In this document: piece after piece, positions 16,793-25,516 of the stretch
Layout of the letters: each line of letters opens with the position of its first letter
How positions within the stretch are numbered: position 1 is the first letter of the stretch
Source: a virus
Lineage: Duplodnaviria; Caudoviricetes
Strand: one strand, 5' to 3'
IMG/VR virus record: IMGVR_UViG_3300031965_001178
Span: 1-38,410 of that record
Length of the DNA stretch: 38,410 bases
Translations under genes and position numbers: made by a program
The notes under the pieces: generated by a model
Seen by the model: the letters and a program-made list of their open reading frames with translations, nothing else
The model's database searches: none
What the model was told of the DNA's origin: nothing

Positions 16793-18381
16793 TGCCACCT
16801 ACATCCACCCTCGTCGATCACCACGGCCAGCCGCTGCGGCGCCAGGTGCTGACCAGGGAAGTCGCCGGGCCGACGCTCACCGGCGTGCGCTCGCCGCTCT
16901 CCGGCTACCCCGGCGACGGGCTCAATCCGGCGCGGCTCGCCAATATCCTGCGCGAGGCCGACGAGGGCGAGCCCCTGCGCTACCTCGAGCTCGCCGAGAC
17001 GATCGAGGAGCGCGACCTCCACTACGCCGGCGTCCTCGGCACCCGCAAGCGCTCGGTCGCCCAGCTCGAGATCACGGTCGACGCCGCGTCGGACGATCCG
17101 CGGCACGTCGGGCAGGCCGACATGGTGCGCGACTGGCTCCTGCGCGACCAGCTCCAGGACGAGCTGTTCGACATTCTCGACGCCATCGGCAAGGGCTGGT
17201 CGGCGACCGAGATCATCTGGGACACGAGCATGGGCCAGTGGCGCCCCGACCGGCTCGAATGGCGCGATCCGCGCTGGTTCCGGTTCGACCGGAAGGACGG
17301 CGCGACGCCGCTGCTCCGGACCGACGGGGGCGACGAGGAGCTTCCCGCCTTCAAATTCATCATCGCCCGCATCCGCGCCAAGTCCGGCCAGCCGATGCGC
17401 TCCGGCCTCGCGCGCCTCGCCGCCTGGGCCTGGATGTTCAAGGCCTTCACCCAGCGCGACTGGGCGATCTTCACCCAGACCTTCGGCCAGCCGATCCGGC
17501 TCGGCAAGTACCATTCCGGCGCCACCGAGGAGGACAAGCAGACCCTGTTCCGGGCGGTCGCCAACATCGCCGGCGACTGCGCGGCGATCGTGCCGGAATC
17601 GATGATGATCGAGTTCGTCGAGTCGAAGAACGTCGGCCAGGGCTCCGATCTCTACGAGAAGCGGTCGGACTGGCTCGACCGGCAGGTCTCCAAGGCTGTG
17701 CTCGGCCAGACCGCGACCACCGACGCGATCGCCGGCGGCCACGCGGTCGGCCGCGAGCACCGGCAGGTGCAGGAGGATATCGAGCGCGCGGACTGCCGGG
17801 CCGTCGGCGCCGTTCTCAACCGCGACCTGGTGCGGCCCTGGGTCACGCTCGAATACGGGCCGCAGGACGCCTATCCGCGGCTCAAGATCGGCCGCGAGGA
17901 GGAAGAGGACCTCCGCCAGGTGGTCGGCGCGGTGCGGGCGCTGGTGCCGCTGGGCCTCAGGGTCCAGGAAAGCGTGATGCGCGACAAGCTCGGCCTGCCC
18001 GACCCGGAGGACGGCGCCGGGCTGCTGACGCCGCCGCCATCGCCGGCGACCGGTCCTGGCCTGCCCGCCGGCGCGGAGGGCGATGCCATGGGCGGCGACG
18101 GCGGGGCCGAGACGCAGCAGCGGCAGCCGTCGTCCGCACGCGCGCTCGACCGGCTCGCCGGCGAGGCCGCGGCGCATGCCGGCGACGACCTCGTCGATGC
18201 CATGCGGGCGATTGTCAACGAGGCCACCAGCCTCGAAGACGTGCGGCTGCGCCTCCAGGCTGCGCGCGGAGAGTTGCCGAGGGACGAGCTCGCCCGCCTT
18301 CTCCGCGCCGCGATCGTGCTCGCCGAGCTCATGGGCCGAACGGAGATCCTCGCCGACGCCCGGCGCGGCGGAGGCCGGTAA
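16792..18381 (+). CDS. Portal protein (DUF935, Mu gp29-like)
   Basis: LVDHHGQP, EERDLHYAGVLGTRK, FGQPIRLGKY and SKAVLGQTATT motifs. Confidence 0.95.
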   Translation: MPPTSTLVDHHGQPLRRQVLTREVAGPTLTGVRSPLSGYPGDGLNPARLANILREADEGEPLRYLELAETIEERDLHYAGVLGTRKRSVAQLEITVDAASDDPRHVGQADMVRDWLLRDQLQDELFDILDAIGKGWSATEIIWDTSMGQWRPDRLEWRDPRWFRFDRKDGATPLLRTDGGDEELPAFKFIIARIRAKSGQPMRSGLARLAAWAWMFKAFTQRDWAIFTQTFGQPIRLGKYHSGATEEDKQTLFRAVANIAGDCAAIVPESMMIEFVESKNVGQGSDLYEKRSDWLDRQVSKAVLGQTATTDAIAGGHAVGREHRQVQEDIERADCRAVGAVLNRDLVRPWVTLEYGPQDAYPRLKIGREEEEDLRQVVGAVRALVPLGLRVQESVMRDKLGLPDPEDGAGLLTPPPSPATGPGLPAGAEGDAMGGDGGAETQQRQPSSARALDRLAGEAAAHAGDDLVDAMRAIVNEATSLEDVRLRLQAARGELPRDELARLLRAAIVLAELMGRTEILADARRGGGR

Positions 18382-18384
18382 GAG

Positions 18385-19041
18385 GTGGCGGACGCAACGA
18401 TCGCGGTCCGGTTCCAGGAGGCGATCGACTTTTTGCGCCTGCGCACCGGGGTCACCCAGGAAGAGTGGGACGCGCTGCTGCGCGAGGCCGGGTTCGCGGC
18501 CGGCCGGCTCGCCGAGGACCAGAGCGACGCCATGGTCGCAGATCTGCTCGCGGCGGTCGCCGACACGATGGAAGAAGGCGGCGCGCTCGCCGACTTCCGC
18601 GAGCGCTACGACCGGATCGTCGCCGAACACGGCTGGTCCTTCGACGGCGATCCCGGCTGGCATTCCGAGCTGGTGTTCCGGGTCAACGCCGGGATCGCCC
18701 AGGCGGTCGGCCGCTGGCAGCAGATCCAGCGCCTCGAGCGGCAGCGCCCGTTCATCCGCTACGTGACCGCCGACGACCACCGGGTGCGGCCGACCCACGC
18801 CGCCTGGCACGGCGTCGTCCTGCCGGTCGACCACCCGTTCTGGCGCACCCACTATCCGCCGAACGGCTTCAACTGCCGGTGCACGGTCCAGAGCCTCAAC
18901 GAACGCGACATCGACCGCTACGGGTTCGAGCGCACCGACCCCGGCCATCCGGCGCTCGATATCCCGCCCGACCCCGGCTGGTTCGGCAATGTCGGCGTGG
19001 CCGGCCTCGCGCTCGCGCTGGAGCGCGGGACGCGGGAGTGA
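18385..19041 (+). CDS. Minor head protein, MuF/gp30 (SPP1 gp7) family, short form
   Basis: YVTADDHRVRPTHAAWHG...DHPFWRTHYPPNGFNCRC. Confidence 0.9.
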   Translation: MADATIAVRFQEAIDFLRLRTGVTQEEWDALLREAGFAAGRLAEDQSDAMVADLLAAVADTMEEGGALADFRERYDRIVAEHGWSFDGDPGWHSELVFRVNAGIAQAVGRWQQIQRLERQRPFIRYVTADDHRVRPTHAAWHGVVLPVDHPFWRTHYPPNGFNCRCTVQSLNERDIDRYGFERTDPGHPALDIPPDPGWFGNVGVAGLALALERGTRE

Positions 19042-19051
19042 CCGAATGGCG

Positions 19052-19225
19052 TCACCGGATGGCCGAGCCCAGGAAGATCAGCGCCAGCGTGCCGATGACC
19101 GCGGCGGCGATCAGCGCCTGGGTGGCGCGGACCCGGAGCCGCGCCCAGAACGGCAACGAGCGGAACCGCGCGCGATCCGCCTCGCGCTGCGCCCTGTCGT
19201 AGCTGTTGCCGGCGCGCCAGCCCAT
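19052..19225 (-). CDS. Antisense 57-aa membrane micro-protein, absent from the ORF track
   Basis: GAGGG RBS 6 nt before the ATG; MGWRAGNSYDRAQREADRARFRSLPFWARLRVRATQALIAAAVIGTLALIFLGSAIR; fits the intergenic gap. Confidence 0.65.
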   Translation of the reverse strand: MGWRAGNSYDRAQREADRARFRSLPFWARLRVRATQALIAAAVIGTLALIFLGSAIR

Positions 19226-19464
19226 CGCTGACCCTCGATCCGCCCGCCCATCCTACACTCTCTCGAAGCCGTTTTGACGGCGAGCCGCTGGCGGCGTCCG
19301 TGGCGGGCCCGCTCCCTCGGGCGCATCAATCCCCCGCCGAGATGAGAGTCCCCCTTTCGAGCCCTTTCAAATCGGCTTCAAGGGGCATCCTCGCGGCCAA
19401 TGTCGGACGGCGCTGCGCCGCCTGGTGACCGCCCTCCCGCATCCCCTCGTTGCTCCGGCGGCGG

Positions 19465-19509
19465 GCGAACTCGGTCGGGGCCAAACAGGCCGCCGCGCTG
19501 CGCCATATT
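19465..19509 (+). promoter_or_regulatory. Putative late promoter for the head/tail operon (Mu PI equivalent)
   Basis: GCGAACTCGGTCGGGGCCAAACA, then 16 nt, then CATATT. It is 20/23 identical to 10180-10202, and the ATG lies 6 nt after the -10 element. Confidence 0.7.
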
Positions 19510-19515
19510 CGGGCC

Positions 19516-20688
19516 ATGCCGGAGCTTGCGACAGCACTTCTCTCCGCGACCGCGCTGCCCGACGCCGCGACGGCGCCGGACTGGATCATGCTGATGCCCG
19601 CCGGCAGGGTCGGGACCGTCGACGGCCGCGGCCCCTACGAGGTCGATGCCGCGAAGATCGCCGCGGCGAGCCTCGCCGCGTCCGGCGGCAGGCTCCCCAT
19701 CGACGAGAACCACGCGACCGATCTCTCCGCGCCGAGGGGCGGACCGTCGCCGGCGCGCGGCTGGGTGGTCGAGCTGGAGGCGCGCGGCGACGGCCTGTGG
19801 GGCCGGGTCGAATGGACGGCCGAGGGCCGCCGGCTCGTCGAGGGGCGCGCCTACCGACACATCTCGCCGGTCATCACCCACGACGCGAAGGGCCATGTCG
19901 GGCGCCTGCTCCGGGCGGCGCTCACCAACGCCCCCAATATGCGCGGCATGGTCGCGCTCAATCAGGAGATTTTCATGGACCTGATGATGAAGCTCCGCAA
20001 GGCGCTCGGCCTTGCGGACGACGCGGGCGAGGACGCGATCATCGCCGCCGTCGACAAGCTCAGGGGCGGCACCGCCACGCAAGCGGCGATCGGCCAGGTG
20101 GCGACCGCGATCGGCCTTGGGGCCGACGCGACGCCGGAAGCGATTATCGCCGGCGCCGCCCGGCTCAGGGCCGACGCCGGAACGGCGGCACTCCAGGCCG
20201 CGCTCGGCCCGATCGCGGAAGCCGCGGGGCTGGAGCGCACCTCGACGGCGGCCGAGGTGCGCCAGGCGGTCGAGACCCTCGCCGGCAAGGCCGGTGCGGG
20301 CACCAAAGCCATCGCCTCGTTGCAGGCCGAGCTCAGCTCCGTCACCTCCGGCCTCGAGACGCTCAAGGAAGCGACCGCGCGCGACCGGGCGACCGCCTTC
20401 GTCGAGGGCTCGATCAGGGCCGGCAAGGTCGGCGTCAAGCCGCTCCGCGACCACTACATCACCCGCCACATGGCGGACCCGGAGGGCGTCGAGAAGGAAA
20501 TCGCCGCCTTCGCGATCCTGGGCCCCGGACAGCGGATCGAGGTCGTGCCGCCGGCCGGAAGGGACGGCGAGGTCTCGCTCAACGCCGCCCAGCGCGAGGC
20601 CGCCAGGCTCACCGGCGAGGACCCGGCGAAGATCGCCGAAACGGTCAAGGCCGAGCGGGCCGAGCGTGAACAGGAGTCGTTCGCATGA
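19516..20688 (+). CDS. Prohead protease I / scaffold (Mu gp32-like)
   Basis: DGRGPY, LPIDENHATD, ARGWV, GLWGRVEWT, YRHISPV and ALTNAPN motifs. Confidence 0.92.
   Translation: MPELATALLSATALPDAATAPDWIMLMPAGRVGTVDGRGPYEVDAAKIAAASLAASGGRLPIDENHATDLSAPRGGPSPARGWVVELEARGDGLWGRVEWTAEGRRLVEGRAYRHISPVITHDAKGHVGRLLRAALTNAPNMRGMVALNQEIFMDLMMKLRKALGLADDAGEDAIIAAVDKLRGGTATQAAIGQVATAIGLGADATPEAIIAGAARLRADAGTAALQAALGPIAEAAGLERTSTAAEVRQAVETLAGKAGAGTKAIASLQAELSSVTSGLETLKEATARDRATAFVEGSIRAGKVGVKPLRDHYITRHMADPEGVEKEIAAFAILGPGQRIEVVPPAGRDGEVSLNAAQREAARLTGEDPAKIAETVKAERAEREQESFA
19975..20688 (+). CDS. Nested in-frame scaffolding protein (Mu gpZ-like)
   Basis: An internal AGGAG RBS (19964-19968) precedes an in-frame ATG right after the protease domain; the product is Ala-rich and helical. 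Confidence 0.7.
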   Translation: MDLMMKLRKALGLADDAGEDAIIAAVDKLRGGTATQAAIGQVATAIGLGADATPEAIIAGAARLRADAGTAALQAALGPIAEAAGLERTSTAAEVRQAVETLAGKAGAGTKAIASLQAELSSVTSGLETLKEATARDRATAFVEGSIRAGKVGVKPLRDHYITRHMADPEGVEKEIAAFAILGPGQRIEVVPPAGRDGEVSLNAAQREAARLTGEDPAKIAETVKAERAEREQESFA

Positions 20689-21095
20689 CGGCGCTGGCCA
20701 CAGACCGCAACACGCCGCGCATCGACGGCGATCTGTTCGACTACCCGGTGCTCGCGGCGGCGAAGATTTTCGCCGGCGCGATCGTCGTCCTCGACGCCGC
20801 CGGCTGGGCCAAGCCCGCCGTCACCGCCACCGGGCTCGTTCCGGTCGGGCGGGCCGAGAAGCTCGCCGACAACACCGGCGGCGCCAACGGCGCCATCACC
20901 GTCACGGCGCGCCGCGGCGTGTTCCGCTACGCCAACTCGGCCGCGGGCGACCAGATCACCCAGGCCGAGATCGGCGACACCTGCTACCTGGTGGACGACC
21001 AGACCGTGGCCAAGACCGACGGTACCGCCACGCGATCGGCCGCCGGCAAGGTCGAGCATGTCGACACCGTCGGCGTCTGGGTGCGCATCGCGTAA
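20685..21095 (+). CDS. Capsid decoration/cement-like protein
   Basis: MTALATDRNTP...CYLVDDQTVA...GVWV; lies between protease and capsid genes. Confidence 0.7.
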   Translation: MTALATDRNTPRIDGDLFDYPVLAAAKIFAGAIVVLDAAGWAKPAVTATGLVPVGRAEKLADNTGGANGAITVTARRGVFRYANSAAGDQITQAEIGDTCYLVDDQTVAKTDGTATRSAAGKVEHVDTVGVWVRIA

Positions 21096-21137
21096 GCCGC
21101 GCGCGGCGCCGGCTGACATCACGAGGACCAAGCCCGC

Positions 21138-22031
21138 ATGATCATCAACACCGCCAATCTCGACGCGCTCCGCGTCAGCTTCCGGACGTCTTTCCAGCGT
21201 GGTCTCCAGCAGGCGAAGAGCCAGTATGGCCGTATCGCGACGGCCGTGCCGTCGACCTCGAAGGAGAACAAGTACGGCTGGCTCGGCAAGATGCCCTCGA
21301 TGCGGGAGTGGCTGGGCGACCGGGTTGTGCAGAACATCTCCCAGCACGACTACACCATCACCAACCGGCCGTTCGAGCTCACCATCGGCGTCGACCGCGA
21401 CGACATCGAGGACGACAATCTCGGCGTCTACACGCCGCTGTTCGTCGAGATGGGCGAGTCGGTCGCGGCGCATCCCGATCTCCTGGTCTGGTCGCTGCTG
21501 GCCGCCGGGTTCGCGACCGCGTGCTATGACGGCCAGTTCTTCTTCGACACCGATCATCCCGTGCTCGACGCCAATGGCGTCGCGCAGTCGGTCGCCAACA
21601 CCGACGGCGGCGGCGGCACGGCCTGGTTCCTGATGTCGACCAGGCGCTCGCTGAAGCCCCTCATCTACCAGCCGCGGCGGTCCTTCGAATTCACCGCCAA
21701 GGACCGGCCGACCGACGACAACGTGTTCGCCAAGAAGGAGTTCCTGTACGGCGTCGACGGCCGCGACAACGTCGGCTTCGGCTTCTGGCAGATGGCCTGG
21801 GGCTCCAAGCAGACCCTCGACAAGGCCAACTACGCCATCGGCCGCGAGGCGCTGATGGGAATGAAGGGCGACTACGGCCGCCCGCTGGGCATCATGCCGG
21901 ATCTGCTCGTGGTCCCGCCGGCGTTAGAAGGCGAGGGACTGGAGATCCTCAACGCAGAGCGCGACGCGGCCGGCGCCACCAATGTCTACAAGGGCACCGC
22001 CGAGCTCGTCGTCGTGCCGTGGCTCGCCTGA
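21138..22031 (+). CDS. Major capsid protein, Mu gpT family
   Basis: YGWLGKMPSMREWLGDR, CYDGQFFFDTDHPV and GFGFWQMAWGS motifs. Confidence 0.95.
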   Translation: MIINTANLDALRVSFRTSFQRGLQQAKSQYGRIATAVPSTSKENKYGWLGKMPSMREWLGDRVVQNISQHDYTITNRPFELTIGVDRDDIEDDNLGVYTPLFVEMGESVAAHPDLLVWSLLAAGFATACYDGQFFFDTDHPVLDANGVAQSVANTDGGGGTAWFLMSTRRSLKPLIYQPRRSFEFTAKDRPTDDNVFAKKEFLYGVDGRDNVGFGFWQMAWGSKQTLDKANYAIGREALMGMKGDYGRPLGIMPDLLVVPPALEGEGLEILNAERDAAGATNVYKGTAELVVVPWLA

Positions 22032-22459
22032 TGGACGGGCCGATGGCGCGGAGACCGAACCCTTCCACGGCCGCGGGGGCGGGCAGGTCGGCCCCGCGGC
22101 TGGCCGAGACGGCCGACAGCCCGGCCGTCGACGCCGCCGCTGCGGGCGGGGCCACCGCTCCGCCCGCACGGCAGCCGGCCGGAGACGACGCAGCCCGGAT
22201 GCTACCCCATGCCACTGCCGAGTCTCCGGCCGGCGACGCGGAAACGGCGCTCGCGCCAGCCGCGAGCCGCGAGGCCGCGACCCACATCCGCATCGCCGCC
22301 GACCGCGACGGCTTCCGCCGTGCGGGCCGCGCGCACCCGAAGGCGCCGACGGTCCATCCGCTGGACCGCTTTTCGGCTGACGAGCTGGAGGCGATCGAAG
22401 CCGAATCGATGCTGCGCGTCGCGTTCCTGGCGCCGGCCGGGGCCGGGGGCGAGAAATGA
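22031..22459 (+). CDS. HI1506-like (Mu gp35-like) protein with a low-complexity N-terminus
   Basis: IRIAADRDGFRRAGRAH...ELEAIEAESMLRV. Confidence 0.75.
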   Translation: MDGPMARRPNPSTAAGAGRSAPRLAETADSPAVDAAAAGGATAPPARQPAGDDAARMLPHATAESPAGDAETALAPAASREAATHIRIAADRDGFRRAGRAHPKAPTVHPLDRFSADELEAIEAESMLRVAFLAPAGAGGEK

Positions 22460-22770
22460 CCCGCGGCAGGGCCGAGGCGATCGGCATCCCGAACGAGGTC
22501 GAACCGGACGCGGCGGCGTCCCCCGCGGGCGACGGGCCGCGCCCGTCGCTGGGGCGGATCGTTCTGTTCACGCTCGGCGAAGGCGAGGACGCAGTCAATT
22601 CCGCGAGGATATTCCCGGCCGTGATCACCATGGTGCATGGCGGCGGGCTGGTGAACCTGCGCGTGTTCTGCGATGCCGAACCCGGCATGCGGGGCGAACG
22701 CCGCACGTCCGTCGAACAGGCGGACAGGCCGGGCGAGCCTTGCACCTGGTGCTGGCCGCCGCGCGCGTGA
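22456..22770 (+). CDS. Conserved hypothetical phage protein
   Basis: PSLGRIVLF...PAVITMV...VNLRVF...WCWPPR pattern; ATGA overlap. Confidence 0.65.
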   Translation: MTRGRAEAIGIPNEVEPDAAASPAGDGPRPSLGRIVLFTLGEGEDAVNSARIFPAVITMVHGGGLVNLRVFCDAEPGMRGERRTSVEQADRPGEPCTWCWPPRA

Positions 22771-22858
22771 CATCGCCGGCCGCCCGCCGCGAACGACATT
22801 CTGAGATTGGGAGCCGCGATGAGGGTGCGGCCCCGCCCCGCCCGGAGGCGACCGACCC

Positions 22859-23287
22859 ATGGCCTATTCGAGCCTCGACCAGCTGACCGACCGGTTCGGC
22901 GAGCGCACGCTCGTCGATCTCACCGATCGGGCGGTCCCGGCGACCGGGGTCGTCGACGAGGCGGTGGTCACCCGCGTCCTCGCCGACACCGACGCCATGA
23001 TCGACGGCTATCTCGCCTCCCGCTACAAGCTGCCGCTCGCCGCGACCCCGCCGCTCGTCGCCGATCTCGCCGCCACCATCGCCATCTACAAGCTGCACCG
23101 CCGGGCGCCCGACCAGAAGATCGCCGACGACTACCACGCGGCGATCCGCGCGCTGAGGGACATCGCCGCCGGCACCGTCCGGCTCGATGTCGCCGGCGTC
23201 GAGCCCGAGGCCGCCGGAACCGCGGGCGTCACCACGACCGACCGCGACCGCGACATGACACCCGACAATCTGAAGGGCTTCATATGA
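22859..23287 (+). CDS. Head-tail adaptor, DUF1320 (Mu gp36-like)
   Basis: MAYSSLDQLTDRFGE...IDGYLASRYKLPL...AIRALRDIAAG. Confidence 0.9.
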   Translation: MAYSSLDQLTDRFGERTLVDLTDRAVPATGVVDEAVVTRVLADTDAMIDGYLASRYKLPLAATPPLVADLAATIAIYKLHRRAPDQKIADDYHAAIRALRDIAAGTVRLDVAGVEPEAAGTAGVTTTDRDRDMTPDNLKGFI

Positions 23288-23426
23288 CAGGTGTCGGGTG
23301 TCGGGTGCCGGCGCGCCAGCGCCACAGCGGGCTCTCGGCCGCCATCGCGAGCGCGACCATCGCGACCTTGCCGAGCCTCACGCCGCTCCTGGCACCCGGC
23401 ACCCGACACCCGACACCCGATATCTG
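23288..23426. repeat. Inverted arrays of the 7-mer CCCGACA/TGTCGGG forming a long hairpin
   Basis: GGTGTCGGGTGTCGGGTGCCGG (23290-23311) is the exact reverse complement of 23396-23417. The right arm has five 7-mer units (23388-23422). Confidence 0.9.
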
Positions 23427-23444
23427 CGCCGGAGGCGCGGTCTG

Positions 23445-23951
23445 ATGGCGGACGGCGTCAGGATCGAGGTCAAGGGCGCCGAGGAGGCGCTCGGCACGCT
23501 TTCGGAGGCGGTGGCGCGGACCGAGCATCCCCGCGACCTGTTCGACGCCATCGGCGCCTCGCTCGTCGTCTCGACCCAGCGGCGGTTCGAGATCGGCGAG
23601 GACCCCGATGGCTCGCCCTGGCCGGCGTCGATACGTGTCCTGCTCCAGGGCGGCCGGACCCTGATCGACACCGCCAATCTCCTGCGCTCGATCACCCACG
23701 AGGCGAGCGATGCCGGCGTCGCCGTCGGCACCGATGTCGCCTACGCGGCGACCCACCAGTTCGGCGCGACGATCCGGCCGGTCAGGGCGAGGAGCCTCGT
23801 GTTCCGTCTCGGCGGCGCCAACACGCCGCTGGTCTTCGCCCGCGAGGTGACGATCCCGGCGCGGCCGTTCCTCGGCCTCGATGCCGAGGACGAGGAGGAA
23901 ATCGAGGCGATCGCCGCCGACTGGCTGATCGGGGACGAGGAGAGCCGATGA
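23445..23951 (+). CDS. Phage virion morphogenesis protein (Mu gpG / tail completion family)
   Basis: RFEIGEDPDGSPW, LIDTANLLRSI, VGTDVAYAATHQFG and IPARPFLG motifs. Confidence 0.9.
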   Translation: MADGVRIEVKGAEEALGTLSEAVARTEHPRDLFDAIGASLVVSTQRRFEIGEDPDGSPWPASIRVLLQGGRTLIDTANLLRSITHEASDAGVAVGTDVAYAATHQFGATIRPVRARSLVFRLGGANTPLVFAREVTIPARPFLGLDAEDEEEIEAIAADWLIGDEESR

Positions 23952-24385
23952 TCGTCGACGAGGTCATCGCCAGGGTCGAGACGGCGTCGGCCGATCTCGC
24001 CGGCCGTGTCGAGGGCGCGGGCGAGCTCACCGCGCTGGTGCGCGAGCGCGCCCTGCCGCAGATGACGCCGGCGGCCTTCGTGCTGCCGCTCGGTCTCAGG
24101 GCCGGCGCGGCGGATTCGGTCTCCGGCCTGTTCCGCCAGCTCGCCGACGAGGTCGTGGCCGTGGTCCTCGTCGTCGAGGTCGCCGGCGACGTGACCGGCG
24201 GCGCCGCGCTGCCGACGATCGACGCGCTGGTCGCAGGCGTGATCGACGGCGTCTGCGGCTGGAAGCCGGCGGGAGAGATCGGCTCGTTCCGCCTCGATCG
24301 CGGCCGCCTCGTCGCCGTCGACCGCGGCGTCGTCATCTACCAGCTCGATTTCGCGATCCCGCGACAGCTGAGGATTCAGGCATGA
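23948..24385 (+). CDS. Tail terminator-like protein
   Basis: TPAAFVLPL, GWKP and YQLDF motifs; position before the tail tube. Confidence 0.7.
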   Translation: MIVDEVIARVETASADLAGRVEGAGELTALVRERALPQMTPAAFVLPLGLRAGAADSVSGLFRQLADEVVAVVLVVEVAGDVTGGAALPTIDALVAGVIDGVCGWKPAGEIGSFRLDRGRLVAVDRGVVIYQLDFAIPRQLRIQA

Positions 24386-24573
24386 CCGAACGACCGGAGC
24401 GCGGCGGCTCCTATGTGAAAAAGCCCGACGGCACGCTGGAACGGGTCGCCGGCACCGAGGGGACCACTGCCCCGGCCGACGCCCTGAGGCGCCAGATGCC
24501 CGAGCCGCCGGCGCCCGCCGCGAGGCGTCGCGCGAAGGATGCGGCCGAGATGAAGGAGACGGACGATGGCTGA
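24382..24573 (+). CDS. Small hypothetical protein
   Basis: GGSYVKKPDGTLERV; overlaps both neighbours. Confidence 0.6.
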   Translation: MTERPERGGSYVKKPDGTLERVAGTEGTTAPADALRRQMPEPPAPAARRRAKDAAEMKETDDG

Positions 24574-25504
24574 TCCGATCGCGGCGGAATCGAAGGTCCT
24601 GCTCGCCAAGATCGAAGGCACCTACGGCTCCGATCCGGCGCCGACCGGCGCGGCGAACGCGATCCTCGCGACCGGATTCCAGGTCTCGCCGATGGAGGCC
24701 GAAGAGGCGAGCCGGGATCTCGAGCGGCCCTATCGCGGCGGCCAGGAGCAGGTCCCGGTCGCCATCAGGGGCGTCATGACCTTCTCGACCGAGCTCGCCG
24801 GCTCCGGCGCCGCCGGGACGGCGCCGGCCTGGGGGCCGCTGGCGCGGGCCTGCGGCATGGCCGAGACGATCAACGCCGGCGTCGATGTCTCCTACGCGCC
24901 GATCTCGGCGTCCTACGAGAGCGTCACCATCCATTTCTGGCAGGGCCCGACGCGGCACGTCTTCCTCGGCTGCCGCGGGACGGCGACGATCACCGTCCCG
25001 GCCCAGGCCATTCCGCGCATCCGCTGGACGTTCACCGGGATCTGGACCCAGCCGTCCGACCAGGCGCCGGCGACGCCGACGCTGACCGCGTTCCAGGAGC
25101 CGCTGGTCGCGACAACGGTCAACACGCCGGTCTTCACGGTCGACGCGGTCTCGCTGGTTCTGAGGCAGCTCAGCTTCGACCTCGCCAACCAGGTCGAGCC
25201 GCGCTTCCTCATCGGCGCCGACGCGGTTGTGATCGTCGACTCGGCCGAGCTCATCTCCGCGACCATCGAGGCGACGCCGCTCGCCACCTTCAACCCGTTC
25301 TCCCTCGCCTACCAGCGCACCAAGGTCGCGGTCGCGCTCACCCACGGCACGGTCGCCGGCAACATCGTCGCGATCTCGGCGCCCACCTCTCAGGTCGGCC
25401 GTCCGACCGGGCAGGAGGAGAACCAGAAGGTGATCGAGTGGCCGATCACGCTGAGGCCGCTGCCGAACGTCGGCAACGACCAGTTCTCCATCACTCTCAC
25501 CTGA
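24566..25504 (+). CDS. Tail tube (major tail) protein, non-contractile type
   Basis: LLAKIEGTYGSDP, ELAGSGAAGTAPAWGPL..ACG and GTVAGNIV motifs; no sheath gene nearby. Confidence 0.8.
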   Translation: MADPIAAESKVLLAKIEGTYGSDPAPTGAANAILATGFQVSPMEAEEASRDLERPYRGGQEQVPVAIRGVMTFSTELAGSGAAGTAPAWGPLARACGMAETINAGVDVSYAPISASYESVTIHFWQGPTRHVFLGCRGTATITVPAQAIPRIRWTFTGIWTQPSDQAPATPTLTAFQEPLVATTVNTPVFTVDAVSLVLRQLSFDLANQVEPRFLIGADAVVIVDSAELISATIEATPLATFNPFSLAYQRTKVAVALTHGTVAGNIVAISAPTSQVGRPTGQEENQKVIEWPITLRPLPNVGNDQFSITLT

Positions 25505-25516
25505 AGCGAGACCCCG

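Noticed and set aside
18385-19041. MuF polymorphic toxin
   Set aside because: The MuF protein is the short form with no C-terminal toxin extension and no downstream immunity gene in the same orientation.
23288-23426. Possible DGR or CRISPR-related repeats
   Set aside because: No reverse transcriptase, Avd, TR/VR pair, spacers or cas genes are visible in the window.
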